This document shows, one piece after another, positions 38,665 through 48,278 of a stretch of 64,000 nucleotides of DNA (the stretch's first letter is position 1; each line of letters opens with the position of its first letter). Both the position numbers and the translations under genes were made by a program. This DNA comes from a bacterium (GTDB taxonomy: Bacteria; Bacteroidota; Bacteroidia; NS11-12g; UBA955), in assembly GCA_029945665.1 (NCBI GenBank), contig JAQSCZ010000120.1, positions 1,618-65,617 of the forward strand, read 5' to 3'. Under the pieces are notes generated by a model. It worked only from the letters and a program-made list of their open reading frames with translations, was not told where the DNA came from and did no database searches.

Positions 38665-39320
38665 TGTTATTTCACAGAGAAGGTTATAAAATCATATTGG
38701 TAACCCTGCTAATTTTGGCAGGTATTAACATTGCTTCGCATGCCTTAATTGGCGAAGAGAGTTTGATTACCAAAATCATATTGATCATTTCATTGGTCTT
38801 TTTTATTCTTATTCTTCAGTTTTTCAGAAACCCATCAAGACATACTGTCATTAACGAGAACCAAGTTATAGCGCCAGCAGATGGCACAGTTGTGGTAATC
38901 GAAGAAGTAGAAGAACCGGAATATTTTAAGGATAAAAGAAAACAAATCAGTATTTTCATGAGTCCTATCAATGTGCATGTGAATAGAAATCCAATCAGTG
39001 GCATTGTTAAATATGCAAAATACCATCCAGGTAAGTATTTAGTTGCTTGGCATCCAAAATCATCAACAGAGAACGAAAGAACAACTGTTGTAATTGCAGG
39101 ATCTAAAGCAGAAGTACTTTTTAGACAAATAGCTGGTGCACTAGCAAAACGCATTGTTTATTATGTAAAGGAAGGTCAAGAAGTGAAACAAGGTGAAGAA
39201 ATGGGTTTTATAAAATTTGGTTCGAGAATCGATATTTATTTACCACTTACTGCAACTGTTAATGTTCAATTGCAACAAAAAACAAGAGGAGGCGAAACAG
39301 TGGTTGCGACTTTGGCTTAA
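38664..39320 (+). CDS. psd: Phosphatidylserine decarboxylase (short type)
   Basis: APADG, IFMSPINVHVNR, FIKFGSR autocleavage motif. Confidence 0.93.
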   Translation: MLFHREGYKIILVTLLILAGINIASHALIGEESLITKIILIISLVFFILILQFFRNPSRHTVINENQVIAPADGTVVVIEEVEEPEYFKDKRKQISIFMSPINVHVNRNPISGIVKYAKYHPGKYLVAWHPKSSTENERTTVVIAGSKAEVLFRQIAGALAKRIVYYVKEGQEVKQGEEMGFIKFGSRIDIYLPLTATVNVQLQQKTRGGETVVATLA

Positions 39321-39360
39321 TTATTGAATGTTATTCCTTATCAATTCAAATATTAAATAA

Positions 39361-39648
39361 ATGAAAAAACTAATTTTAACCCTAGCCCTTTTTGTTGGTG
39401 TAGCTGTTATCAGCAATGCGCAAACAAGCACTACTGGTGCAACCAATACAGCGACTAACAAACAAGAAACTTCAACTGGCTTAAAGCCAACAGTTGCTCC
39501 TCAGGTAGCTCCAGTTACCACAGAAACAGCACCTGCCACTCCTGCAACACCAGCTCCTGCTGCCAAGAAAAGCACTAAAAAAGCATGCTGCCAAAAGAAA
39601 GCAAGTTCTTGCTGCAAGAAAAAAACAGAAGCCATTAAAGAAGATTAA
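39361..39648 (+). CDS. Small exported Thr/Pro/Ala-rich protein with CC pairs
   Basis: Signal peptide; KKACCQKKASSCCKK. Confidence 0.75.
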   Translation: MKKLILTLALFVGVAVISNAQTSTTGATNTATNKQETSTGLKPTVAPQVAPVTTETAPATPATPAPAAKKSTKKACCQKKASSCCKKKTEAIKED

Positions 39649-39667
39649 ATTCTTTTAAATATTTTTC

Positions 39668-39701
39668 AAAAAAGCCCTGAAATATTTCAGGGCTTTTTTT
39701 T
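39668..39701 (+). terminator. Intrinsic terminator
   Basis: AAAAAAGCCCTGAAA-ta-TTTCAGGGCTTTTTTT. Confidence 0.88.
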
Positions 39702-39757
39702 GTTTCAAAAATTTTTTATCCCTCAATAAAATCAACTAATATTGCATTGTAAAAGTT

Positions 39758-39841
39758 GCCCATGTGGCGAAATTGGTAGACGTGCCACCTTGAGGTGGTG
39801 GTGACCGAAAGGTTGTGCAAGTTCGAATCTTGTCGTGGGCA
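39758..39841 (+). tRNA. tRNA-Leu (anticodon GAG), CCA not encoded
   Basis: Acceptor GCCCATG/CGTGGGC, D loop AATTGGTAGAC, anticodon stem CCACC/GGTGG with loop TTGAGGT, long variable arm, GTTCGAAT. Confidence 0.95.
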
Positions 39842-39855
39842 CTTTTTATAACCCC

Positions 39856-40887
39856 TTAAATATTTTCTTTTTGAAATTGAATGCCTGCCAAATGTATGGT
39901 ATCTGCAATGGCATTAAACTTAAAATTCAATACTTTTAATATGGCTGCATTGCTGTATTGGTGTTTCTTAAGCGAGGTGCGCACTGTTTCTGGTGTTAAG
40001 GTAGACTTTGGATTAAATAATAAATTCAATCTAACCAGTATTAAAAACAAATTTTTATAACGAACTTTTAATTCAATATTTGGTGCTGGTTTGTGAATGG
40101 ATTCCGCAATTTCATTTAAAACTGTACGATAGGACAGATTCTCACTTACCAATAAAAATCTTTGACCTACAATGGCATTGTCTGCCAAATAGCACATGGC
40201 ATTTGCCACATCATGGACATCAACAAAACCATTGATACCATTGGTATAAAATCGCATGCATCTGTCAATATTTCTAAACAACCTGCAAGAGCCTTTGTGC
40301 CAATCGCCATAGCCTAAAATAATCCCTGGATTAACAATTACGGCATTTAAGCCCTCCTCAATACCACGCCAAACTTCTAATTCTGCTAAGTGTTTGCTAA
40401 TTGCATATTGGGTATTATGATCGTTGTCTTCCCATTCCGTAGTCTCGTCAATTAAAGTGGCGTTGTCTGTTCTACCCAAGGCTGCTGTGCTGCTAACATG
40501 CACCAATTGCTTCACATTGTTTTTAAGACAGGCATTTACAACATTGGCCGTTCCTTCAACATTAATAGCCATCATTTCGTCTGCCTCTTGCATATTAAAG
40601 GCCACCTTAGCAGCACAATGAAATACGATAGAGTTAGGCTCAAACACCTCATCTAAAACCGTGATATCTAGTATATCCGCTATTTTCCATTTGAAATTTG
40701 CAATTAAATGCGCATGGTTATCGCCTAATTCATTTTTTACAATAAGATTGAATTCCGAAGTGGAACTTTGTTCTCTTTTTAAGCCAATAACAGGATGTCC
40801 TTTTTGTAATAATGCGGCTACCACATAACTACCCAAAAAACCATTCGCTCCCGTTACTATCATTTTGTTGAAATTTAAGTGGTGCAA
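39856..40887 (-). CDS. NAD-dependent epimerase/dehydratase
   Basis: VTGANGFLG, HVSS, YAISK. Confidence 0.92.
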   Translation of the reverse strand: MHHLNFNKMIVTGANGFLGSYVVAALLQKGHPVIGLKREQSSTSEFNLIVKNELGDNHAHLIANFKWKIADILDITVLDEVFEPNSIVFHCAAKVAFNMQEADEMMAINVEGTANVVNACLKNNVKQLVHVSSTAALGRTDNATLIDETTEWEDNDHNTQYAISKHLAELEVWRGIEEGLNAVIVNPGIILGYGDWHKGSCRLFRNIDRCMRFYTNGINGFVDVHDVANAMCYLADNAIVGQRFLLVSENLSYRTVLNEIAESIHKPAPNIELKVRYKNLFLILVRLNLLFNPKSTLTPETVRTSLKKHQYSNAAILKVLNFKFNAIADTIHLAGIQFQKENI

Positions 40888-40916
40888 AATTCGGATATTT
40901 GTATCAATATTGAACC

Positions 40917-42005
40917 ATGGATATTTTAAAGGAATTTTTTGAACCCATTAGTAAAAATTTATTAAAAGGAATTGTAAAAAAAGAGGGTCTCATTGGGCCT
41001 GAAATAAAATTAAATAACGGCAAATTCCCCGACCCATCAAAAGTTGATGTCGCTATTATTGGTCTTGGTAAAAATGCAGATTTAGTGCGAAAACAGTTCT
41101 ACGCCTACAGTCATAAATTAAATGGCATCGAGTTGGCTGACTTTGGCAATTTAAAACACAATGGTACTGAAAAAAATATCAATGCCGGATTAGCCGAATG
41201 TTTAATCAGTTTGAAAGAACATAACATTATTCCAATAATCATAGGCGAGCAACACAATTATGCACAAGGCTTAATGAAAGGTATCGATTTTAAATCAATT
41301 GATTATGCTTTGGTATCGCCTTTTCTCAATTACGATGAAACGGATTTAGGCTATCAGCTTAATGCTAAAAAGCGTTTATTTCATGCCTCCTACTTGGGTT
41401 TTCAAAGCTATTTGACAACCAATAATTCCATGCAAAGTGTAGCCGATGTATTTTCAGAATGCATTAGACTAGGAACACTGCGTGCAGATATGGCACAATC
41501 AGAGCCATTATTAAGGCAAGCCGATATTTTTGATTTCGATTTATCTGCTATTAAATATTCTGAATTTCAAAGCGCCGTTCAAAAAATACCGAATGGTTTT
41601 TTCAATCACGAGGCTTGTGCTTTGTGTCGGTATGCTGGTATTTCAAACAATGTCAATTATTATTTACTTAGAAATTTTACTTTGAATGAAACATCAACCA
41701 TTGATGCCTCTCAAATCGCGCAAATGATATGGTATATCTGCGATGGCATAGACAACCGATTCAATGATTTTCCTCAAATGAATCACCGAAATTTCAAAGT
41801 ATACAAATGCCATGCCCCTAGTGGTGTTGATATGGTATTCTTGAACAGCAATTTAACTGGGCGTTGGTGGCTGCAAATACCATCAAAAAATGGTGGTAAA
41901 AAAACAGCCCCAAAATTCATAGGTTGCAGCGAATCTGATTTCGAAATTGCGCGCGAAGGCGATGTGCCAGAAAAATGGTTCAGAGCAGCAGGATCGGGTT
42001 TTTAA
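40917..42005 (+). CDS. Arginase/formimidoylglutamase-fold protein, catalytically degenerate
   Basis: ADFGNL, IPIIIG, LGFQSY, PNGF...ACALCRYAG, AQMIWY; metal-binding motifs not evident. Confidence 0.75.
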   Translation: MDILKEFFEPISKNLLKGIVKKEGLIGPEIKLNNGKFPDPSKVDVAIIGLGKNADLVRKQFYAYSHKLNGIELADFGNLKHNGTEKNINAGLAECLISLKEHNIIPIIIGEQHNYAQGLMKGIDFKSIDYALVSPFLNYDETDLGYQLNAKKRLFHASYLGFQSYLTTNNSMQSVADVFSECIRLGTLRADMAQSEPLLRQADIFDFDLSAIKYSEFQSAVQKIPNGFFNHEACALCRYAGISNNVNYYLLRNFTLNETSTIDASQIAQMIWYICDGIDNRFNDFPQMNHRNFKVYKCHAPSGVDMVFLNSNLTGRWWLQIPSKNGGKKTAPKFIGCSESDFEIAREGDVPEKWFRAAGSGF

Positions 42006-42010
42006 AAAAG

Positions 42011-42133
42011 CCACAGATTCACAGATTAATTAAAATGACAATTCCACAGCTTAATAAATCCTTTGGATTTATTAAGCTCAATCTGTGTCCCTTTTCTTGT
42101 TAAATTTTAATCTGTGAATCTATTGAGCTTAAT
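42011..42133. repeat. Nested palindromic (REP-like) element
   Basis: Perfect inverted repeats of 15 bp (42015-42029 / 42107-42121), 14 bp (42048-42061 / 42065-42078) and 12 bp (42071-42082 / 42122-42133). Confidence 0.8.
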
Positions 42134-42332
42134 TTATTTCAAAGGCATCAATGCTGCTTTGCGGTGTGGCCAATGCTTTTAACCCCATAATGATTTTATT
42201 CACAAGAGAGATTCTCCGTTTTAATCAACTTTTATTCAACATATTATAAATATTCTGAAAATATTCAAAAGTGCATTAATTTTTCATTTGAATGCTTGGA
42301 TAATATAAAATTTCGTGTAGGTTTGCCATAGC

Positions 42333-43436
42333 ATGAAAATAGGAACTATTAAAGAGACTAAAGCAGGAGAAAACAGAGTAGCTTTAAGTATCGATGTTGT
42401 TAAAAATTTTATTAAACAAGGCTTCGAATGTATAATAGAATCAGGTGCCGGCATTGCCTCTAACTTTTCTGACGAAATGTATACCAACGCTGGAGCAAGC
42501 ATCGTTGCCAGTGCCAAGGAGGTATGCGACAAAGCAGATGTTTTGGTAAAAGTAAATGCGCCTTCTGCCGATGAAATTGCAATTCTAAAAAATGGTTCTG
42601 CCCTTATTTCTTTCATTTATCATTTAACCAATCCAGAATTAATTGATCAACTCAATGCTAAAAATATATCCGTATTTAGCATGGATGCTATTCCGCGTAT
42701 TTCAAGAGCTCAGAGCATGGATGCATTAAGTTCTCAAGCCAATTTGGCAGGCTACAAAGCCGTACTTTTAGGGGCCCATCACTCCGCAAGAATTTTCCCT
42801 ATGCTAATGACTGCAGCTGGCACTATTTCTCCTTCCAAAGTATTAATATTTGGAGCAGGCGTGGCCGGTTTACAAGCTATTGGTACTGCCAAGCGTTTGG
42901 GTGCAGTAGTTGAGGTAACCGATATAAGACCAGAAACAAAAGAGCAAGTTGAATCATTAGGTGGTAAGTTTATTAGTTTCGATACTGGTGATGTGAAAAT
43001 AGAAGGTGGCTATGTGAAAGAAGCTGGCGAAGACACGCTGAAAAAACAAAGAGAAATATTAACCAAACATTTGGCAGTTGCCGATGTAGTAATCACTACG
43101 GCATTAATTCCAGGTAAAAAAGCCCCAATTTTGGTAACAGAAGACATGGTAAAAGTCATGAAATTAGGGAGTGTTATTATTGATATGGCGGTTGAACAAG
43201 GTGGAAATTGCGAGTTAAGTGAACCTGGAAAAGTAGTAGTTAAACATGGTGTTAAAATTGTTGGCGAAACCAATCTACCTTCCTTGCTTTCACAAAATGC
43301 GAGCGAGAGTTATTCAAAAAATATTTATGCTTTCTTAACACATTTGGCCACTAAAGATGGCTTAAAATATGAGATGGAAGAAGAAATTACAAAAGGAACT
43401 TTAATTTGCAAAGAAGGAACGAAGCTTAAATTTTAG
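42333..43436 (+). CDS. pntA: NAD(P) transhydrogenase alpha subunit, part 1
   Basis: RISRAQSMDALSS, GAGVAGLQA, TTALIPG; TAGGTTTG at 42318-42325. Confidence 0.96.
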   Translation: MKIGTIKETKAGENRVALSIDVVKNFIKQGFECIIESGAGIASNFSDEMYTNAGASIVASAKEVCDKADVLVKVNAPSADEIAILKNGSALISFIYHLTNPELIDQLNAKNISVFSMDAIPRISRAQSMDALSSQANLAGYKAVLLGAHHSARIFPMLMTAAGTISPSKVLIFGAGVAGLQAIGTAKRLGAVVEVTDIRPETKEQVESLGGKFISFDTGDVKIEGGYVKEAGEDTLKKQREILTKHLAVADVVITTALIPGKKAPILVTEDMVKVMKLGSVIIDMAVEQGGNCELSEPGKVVVKHGVKIVGETNLPSLLSQNASESYSKNIYAFLTHLATKDGLKYEMEEEITKGTLICKEGTKLKF

Positions 43437-43583
43437 GATTTATTGATTTCAGAATTTTTGAATAATCTTAGAGTAAAATTTAAGTAAATCAAAGTTTAAA
43501 AATCTCAAATCAACCTTAAGCGAAAAGCAAACAAAATTGTAAACGACGAAAAACACAAATCACAAAATCCAAAAATAAATAGA

Positions 43584-43895
43584 ATGAATACGATAATAGA
43601 TTTTATAGCTGAGGAACATAATCTACTCATGATTTACCTCGTAATCCTCATGATTTTTGTAGGGATTGAACTGATAGAAAAAGTGCCTTCAGTATTGCAC
43701 ACCCCTTTAATGAGTGGTGCTAACGCCATACATGGTGTTGTAATTATTGGAGCCATTATCATTATGGGCGAAGCAGAAAACATGTATGCTACTATTCTTG
43801 GTTTCATAGCTGTAGTATTAGGAACTCTAAATGTTGTCGGTGGTTTTGTAGTAACCGATAGAATGTTGGAAATGTTTAAAAAGAAAAAGAAGTAA
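43584..43895 (+). CDS. pntA: NAD(P) transhydrogenase alpha subunit, part 2
   Basis: LHTPLMSGANAI, NVVGGFVVTDRMLEMF. Confidence 0.95.
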   Translation: MNTIIDFIAEEHNLLMIYLVILMIFVGIELIEKVPSVLHTPLMSGANAIHGVVIIGAIIIMGEAENMYATILGFIAVVLGTLNVVGGFVVTDRMLEMFKKKKK

Positions 43896-44004
43896 ACCTA
43901 ATTTGATTTAAATAATTATCAAAGCGAAGCTTCATTGATTCCATTAAAAAACAATTACCACATCAATAAATTATCAAATTATCAAATCACCAAATTAACC
44001 TTAA

Positions 44005-45399
44005 ATGAATCTTTTACAAATCATATATCTCATCGCCTCTCTAACCTTTATCATAGGTATTAAAATGCTGGGGAAACCAGAAAGTGCGCGCAGAGGAAAT
44101 CTCATTGCAGCCTTTGGTATGACCATTGCTATTTTCGGAACCATCTTTTTATATGAAGGTGTCAAAACCTCCAATTACGGTTGGATTTTTGGCGGTTTGC
44201 TTGTCGGCACTGTTATTGGTACCCTCATGGCCAAAAAAGTAAAAATGACAGGTATGCCGCAAATGGTCTCTTTCTTCAATGGAATGGGTGGAGCGTGTGC
44301 AGGCATTATTTCACTGGTAGAGTTTAACCATATTTTGCAACAAGGCGATTTTTTGGCCGCTCCAAAAGTTAAATTAGCCATTATATTTTTAGGCTTAGTT
44401 ATTGGCTCTATTTCATTTGCTGGTAGTATGATAGCCTATGGCAAATTGGTTGAGAAAATAAAAGATAAAGTATTGCCATTGCAACAATTAGTAAATATTG
44501 GTTTATTATTATTAATCTTAGGCATTGCAGCAGCAGCTACTGTGGGTTACATCAGCACCCCGAATGTTTTGTTTTTAATTCTAGCTTTATCATTGTTATA
44601 TGGCGTGCTTTTCGTTATGCCAATTGGCGGTGCAGATATGCCAGTGGTTATTTCCTTATTAAATTCTTTTACTGGTGTGGCAGCAGCCATGGGTGGTTTC
44701 TTATACGATAACAAGGTGATGTTATTTGGCGGTATATTAGTTGGTAGCGCAGGCACACTGTTAACGGTAGTCATGTGCAAAGCCATGAACCGCTCGCTTA
44801 CCAATGTATTAATTGGCAATTTTGGTGGTGGTAAAAAAGATGCTGGCGAAGGCAAAGCCATTACAGGATCTATCAAAGAAATATCAAAAGCAGATGCAGC
44901 TGTATTAATGAAATATAGCAAAAAAGTAGTGATCGTTCCCGGTTACGGATTAGCGGTTGCGCAGGCACAGCATATTTGCCACGAGCTAGAGCAAGTATTG
45001 GAGGACGAAGGTGTAGAAGTAAAATACGCCATACACCCTGTAGCGGGTCGTATGCCCGGCCACATGAACGTTTTATTAGCCGAGAGCAATGTGAGTTACG
45101 ATAAATTGATTGAGATGGATGACATCAATCCTGAATTTAAAACCACCGATGTGGTATTAATTGTAGGCGCCAATGATGTCGTAAACCCTGCCGCTAAAAA
45201 CGATCCAAACAGCCCTATTTATGGTATGCCAATACTCGATGTTGAAGATGCAGCCCATACCATTGTTATGAAACGGAGTATGAAAGCCGGTTATGCAGGC
45301 ATAGAAAACGAACTCTTCTTTAGCCCAAAAAACAGCATGCTATTTGGCGATGCCAAAAAAACTTTAACTGAGCTGGTAAGTGAGTTGAAGAGCTTGTAG
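44005..45399 (+). CDS. pntB: NAD(P) transhydrogenase beta subunit
   Basis: GGADMPVVISLLNS, HPVAGRMPGHMNVLLAE, GANDVVNPAA. Confidence 0.97.
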   Translation: MNLLQIIYLIASLTFIIGIKMLGKPESARRGNLIAAFGMTIAIFGTIFLYEGVKTSNYGWIFGGLLVGTVIGTLMAKKVKMTGMPQMVSFFNGMGGACAGIISLVEFNHILQQGDFLAAPKVKLAIIFLGLVIGSISFAGSMIAYGKLVEKIKDKVLPLQQLVNIGLLLLILGIAAAATVGYISTPNVLFLILALSLLYGVLFVMPIGGADMPVVISLLNSFTGVAAAMGGFLYDNKVMLFGGILVGSAGTLLTVVMCKAMNRSLTNVLIGNFGGGKKDAGEGKAITGSIKEISKADAAVLMKYSKKVVIVPGYGLAVAQAQHICHELEQVLEDEGVEVKYAIHPVAGRMPGHMNVLLAESNVSYDKLIEMDDINPEFKTTDVVLIVGANDVVNPAAKNDPNSPIYGMPILDVEDAAHTIVMKRSMKAGYAGIENELFFSPKNSMLFGDAKKTLTELVSELKSL

Positions 45400-45416
45400 A
45401 ATATCCTTCATTTAAG

Positions 45417-45950
45417 ATGAAAAGCACACTGAATATTGTTGATGCTCCAATGCATGATGAAGATAGCGATTATCATTTTTCTCAAGGTTCGTATTTTCCA
45501 CCCCAATTTAAGATTGTTGCAATTTTTCTACTTATTGCCGGTCTGGTATTGTGTGTTGAATTAAATTTCATAGGGTTAATTTTATTAGTGTTAAGTACTA
45601 TAGCATTGATAGCTAAGAAACAATTAACCATTAGTTTTTCATTGTCAAAACAAAAAAACGGGATGACTTTTTTTGGTAGGCAATTCGGCCAATGGGAACC
45701 ATTACCAAGTTTCGAATCTGTATCAATTTTTAGTGCTAAAAAAAGCCAAGACATGGCAGTAGACAGCCAATTTGCAACAGTTACCTTTACCGAAATTGAA
45801 GTCAATTTAGTTTACAATAAAAATAGACGCTTAACGGTATTTACAACCAAAGATTTTAATAAAGCCCTCAATATTGCTCAATTATTTGCAGATAAACTCG
45901 CTATAAGAATATACGATGCTACACAACGAGAAGGCAAGTGGTTGGATTAA
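45417..45950 (+). CDS. Hypothetical membrane protein
   Basis: Two TM helices followed by a soluble domain. Confidence 0.7.
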   Translation: MKSTLNIVDAPMHDEDSDYHFSQGSYFPPQFKIVAIFLLIAGLVLCVELNFIGLILLVLSTIALIAKKQLTISFSLSKQKNGMTFFGRQFGQWEPLPSFESVSIFSAKKSQDMAVDSQFATVTFTEIEVNLVYNKNRRLTVFTTKDFNKALNIAQLFADKLAIRIYDATQREGKWLD

Positions 45951-46157
45951 GTATCAGTGAATTCCACTTTGCTACATGCGTAAATAACGGTTAAATAAAA
46001 GAAATGTAAAAACATGTCTAAAGAATGCTAATTTTAGGTAGATAAGGTTGCAAATTACCTGCACCTATATACGTTAGCAGTGATTCAAAGGACCATTTTA
46101 ACCTAAGCAGATGAAATAACTATTTGTAATAAACAGTGCCTACCGGACAATGCTAGC

Positions 46158-46307
46158 AGACAACAAAGCATTTGCAATAAAGGTCAATCCGTAAAAGAAA
46201 TTCATTTTGCATTGCAAATGAATAGACCATACTATCTTTGTTAAAGTATTCTGTAGAAAGTGCCCTTGGCCAAACTGCAAGTAGTTTTAAAACAAAATGC
46301 GTTACCC
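46158..46307 (+). repeat. Degenerate attC-like element E
   Basis: AGACAAC ... GTTACCC (46301-46307); arms TTTGCA..GGTCAA / TTGGCC..TGCAAG; followed by ACCGACAACA, as after element B. Confidence 0.45.
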
Positions 46308-46345
46308 AATGACTACCGACAACAAAGCCAAATCCACCATAATTT

Positions 46346-47101
46346 ATGTTTAGACACAAAGGGAACAAGAGAACATTAAAGCACAATTTAAGGCTTGCTT
46401 CTTTGCTTTCTTTTATAGCAGGAATGGTAAATGTTGCAGGCTTTCTTGCAGTTAAACAGCTAACAACCAATGTAACTGGACACTTTGCCTTTTTTGTAGA
46501 CGAAGTTTTTAAACTTAACTTATGGCAAGGTTTTATTTACTTTTTATACATCTTCTTTTTCTTCTTAGGTTCTTTTGTATCCAATGTTATCTTTGAAATT
46601 GTATCAAAGCGAAGCGATAGGTTAATATACATAATTCCTACAATAATTGAAAGTCTTATTTTGTTTTTAGTATCGGTATTTGGACAGTTTTTAATTTTAC
46701 AAAATCCAAATCATTTAGCATTTTCTTTACTTTTTGCAATGGGCTTACAAAATTCATTAGTCACAACAATTTCAAACGCAACAGTCAGAACAACGCATTT
46801 GACAGGGCTGTTCACAGATTTGGGGATAGAACTTTCACAATTATTTTTTTACAAACAGCAAGACCAAAAAGACAAACTCCACGCCTCCATAAAATTACGT
46901 TTTACAATCATTAGCTTTTTCTTTTTAGGAGGACTTTTTAGCGGTATTTTATATTCAAAAATTCAGTTATGCGTCTTAGCAATCGCAGGGATAATTTTAC
47001 TCATTGGAATAATATATGACGACTTAAAACTGAAATTAATAATTCAAAACAGACATCAATCAGATAGTAATAAAAACGGCATATCACAAAACCTGCCATA
47101 A
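46346..47101 (+). CDS. YoaK / DUF1275 membrane protein
   Basis: LSFIAGMVNVAG, TTNVTGH, FAMGLQN, RTTHLTG. Confidence 0.9.
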   Translation: MFRHKGNKRTLKHNLRLASLLSFIAGMVNVAGFLAVKQLTTNVTGHFAFFVDEVFKLNLWQGFIYFLYIFFFFLGSFVSNVIFEIVSKRSDRLIYIIPTIIESLILFLVSVFGQFLILQNPNHLAFSLLFAMGLQNSLVTTISNATVRTTHLTGLFTDLGIELSQLFFYKQQDQKDKLHASIKLRFTIISFFFLGGLFSGILYSKIQLCVLAIAGIILLIGIIYDDLKLKLIIQNRHQSDSNKNGISQNLP

Positions 47102-47675
47102 ATTTAACGGTTGCGTTTTCCGCGATAACTATTGTGGATGGTTAAACGTTGCTTTTCCATATGTATATTAGTGAACGCCAAATTAACTTATTGGAGATCC
47201 AAGCTGGTCAAAAATTAACAAGGTCTCAGTTGATGATTTTGGTTTTCTAAATTAATTTTTGCAAAATAATCCATTAATTAATTGTCACTATTTTAATTGT
47301 GGAATAACAAGAAAGACAATAGTTGGCGATTAACTCCTTTTATAAGTATAAATCAATATACGCCAAAAATTTAACTCGAGACAATCCTTAGGCATCCGCG
47401 TTTTAGAACAAAATATTTTAGTTTTATAAATTCCATATTATTTCATATTTTTGAAAACTAATTGCAGTTTATACAAATTTTGCTATAATAAACAAGAAAA
47501 AGAAACAATAACTGGGCACTTTTCAAACATGAAAAACAGAAATTTTTTACTTTAATTGTTCATAAATGAGCATTAATTTTTATTTTTGTAAGATTAAGTG
47601 TGGAGACCAGTAACCACCAAAAAAACGGGGCTATACCTAAAAGTCAACAATTAGGACAAATTATTAAAAAATAAA

Positions 47676-48278
47676 ATGAAACTAAAAAATTTACTCTCGC
47701 TAATCCTGTTGTCAGCATGTATGACTGGTTTTTGCACTACTTGGTCCATAAACAATGCTGGAAATACTTATACTCCTGCAACTATTACAATAAAACTAGG
47801 CGACACAGTGAATTTTGTAATAACAACATCACATGATGCAAGAGAAGTTAGTCAGACCACTTGGAATTCAAACGGGAATACTGCACTTTCTGGTGGCTTT
47901 CAAACTGCTTTTGGTGGTGGAAAAGTTTTGCCTGCCCAACTTGGAGTTGGAACGCATTATTTTGTATGCACACCTCACGCCGCAATTGATATGAAAGGAA
48001 CCATCATTGTCCAAGGCGCAACAGGCCTTACAGATAACCGCTTGCTTACAAATATTTCATTCTTTCCAAATCCTGTCTCCGACCTAATTACAATTATAGC
48101 AAGTAACGATTTGCTAGGTTTTTCTTTTATCATTGCTGATCAAACAGGTAGACAAATTATGACTGGATTGTTAAATACCGAAACAACATTGGTTGATATT
48201 AGTCGACTAGCTTCAGGTGCTTACTTCTTTTTAATCGGACAAGAGAGAAAGAAGGCATTCAAAATACTAAAGAATTAA
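47676..48278 (+). CDS. T9SS-secreted cupredoxin (plastocyanin-like) protein
   Basis: YTPATITIKLGDTVNF, H..., YFVCTPHAAIDMKGTI type-1 copper ligands; FFPNP...GAYF CTD. Confidence 0.85.
   Translation: MKLKNLLSLILLSACMTGFCTTWSINNAGNTYTPATITIKLGDTVNFVITTSHDAREVSQTTWNSNGNTALSGGFQTAFGGGKVLPAQLGVGTHYFVCTPHAAIDMKGTIIVQGATGLTDNRLLTNISFFPNPVSDLITIIASNDLLGFSFIIADQTGRQIMTGLLNTETTLVDISRLASGAYFFLIGQERKKAFKILKN

Noticed and set aside
39758-39841. tRNA-Leu as an island integration site
   Set aside because: Housekeeping genes flank it, there is no integrase, and I saw no duplicated tRNA 3' end
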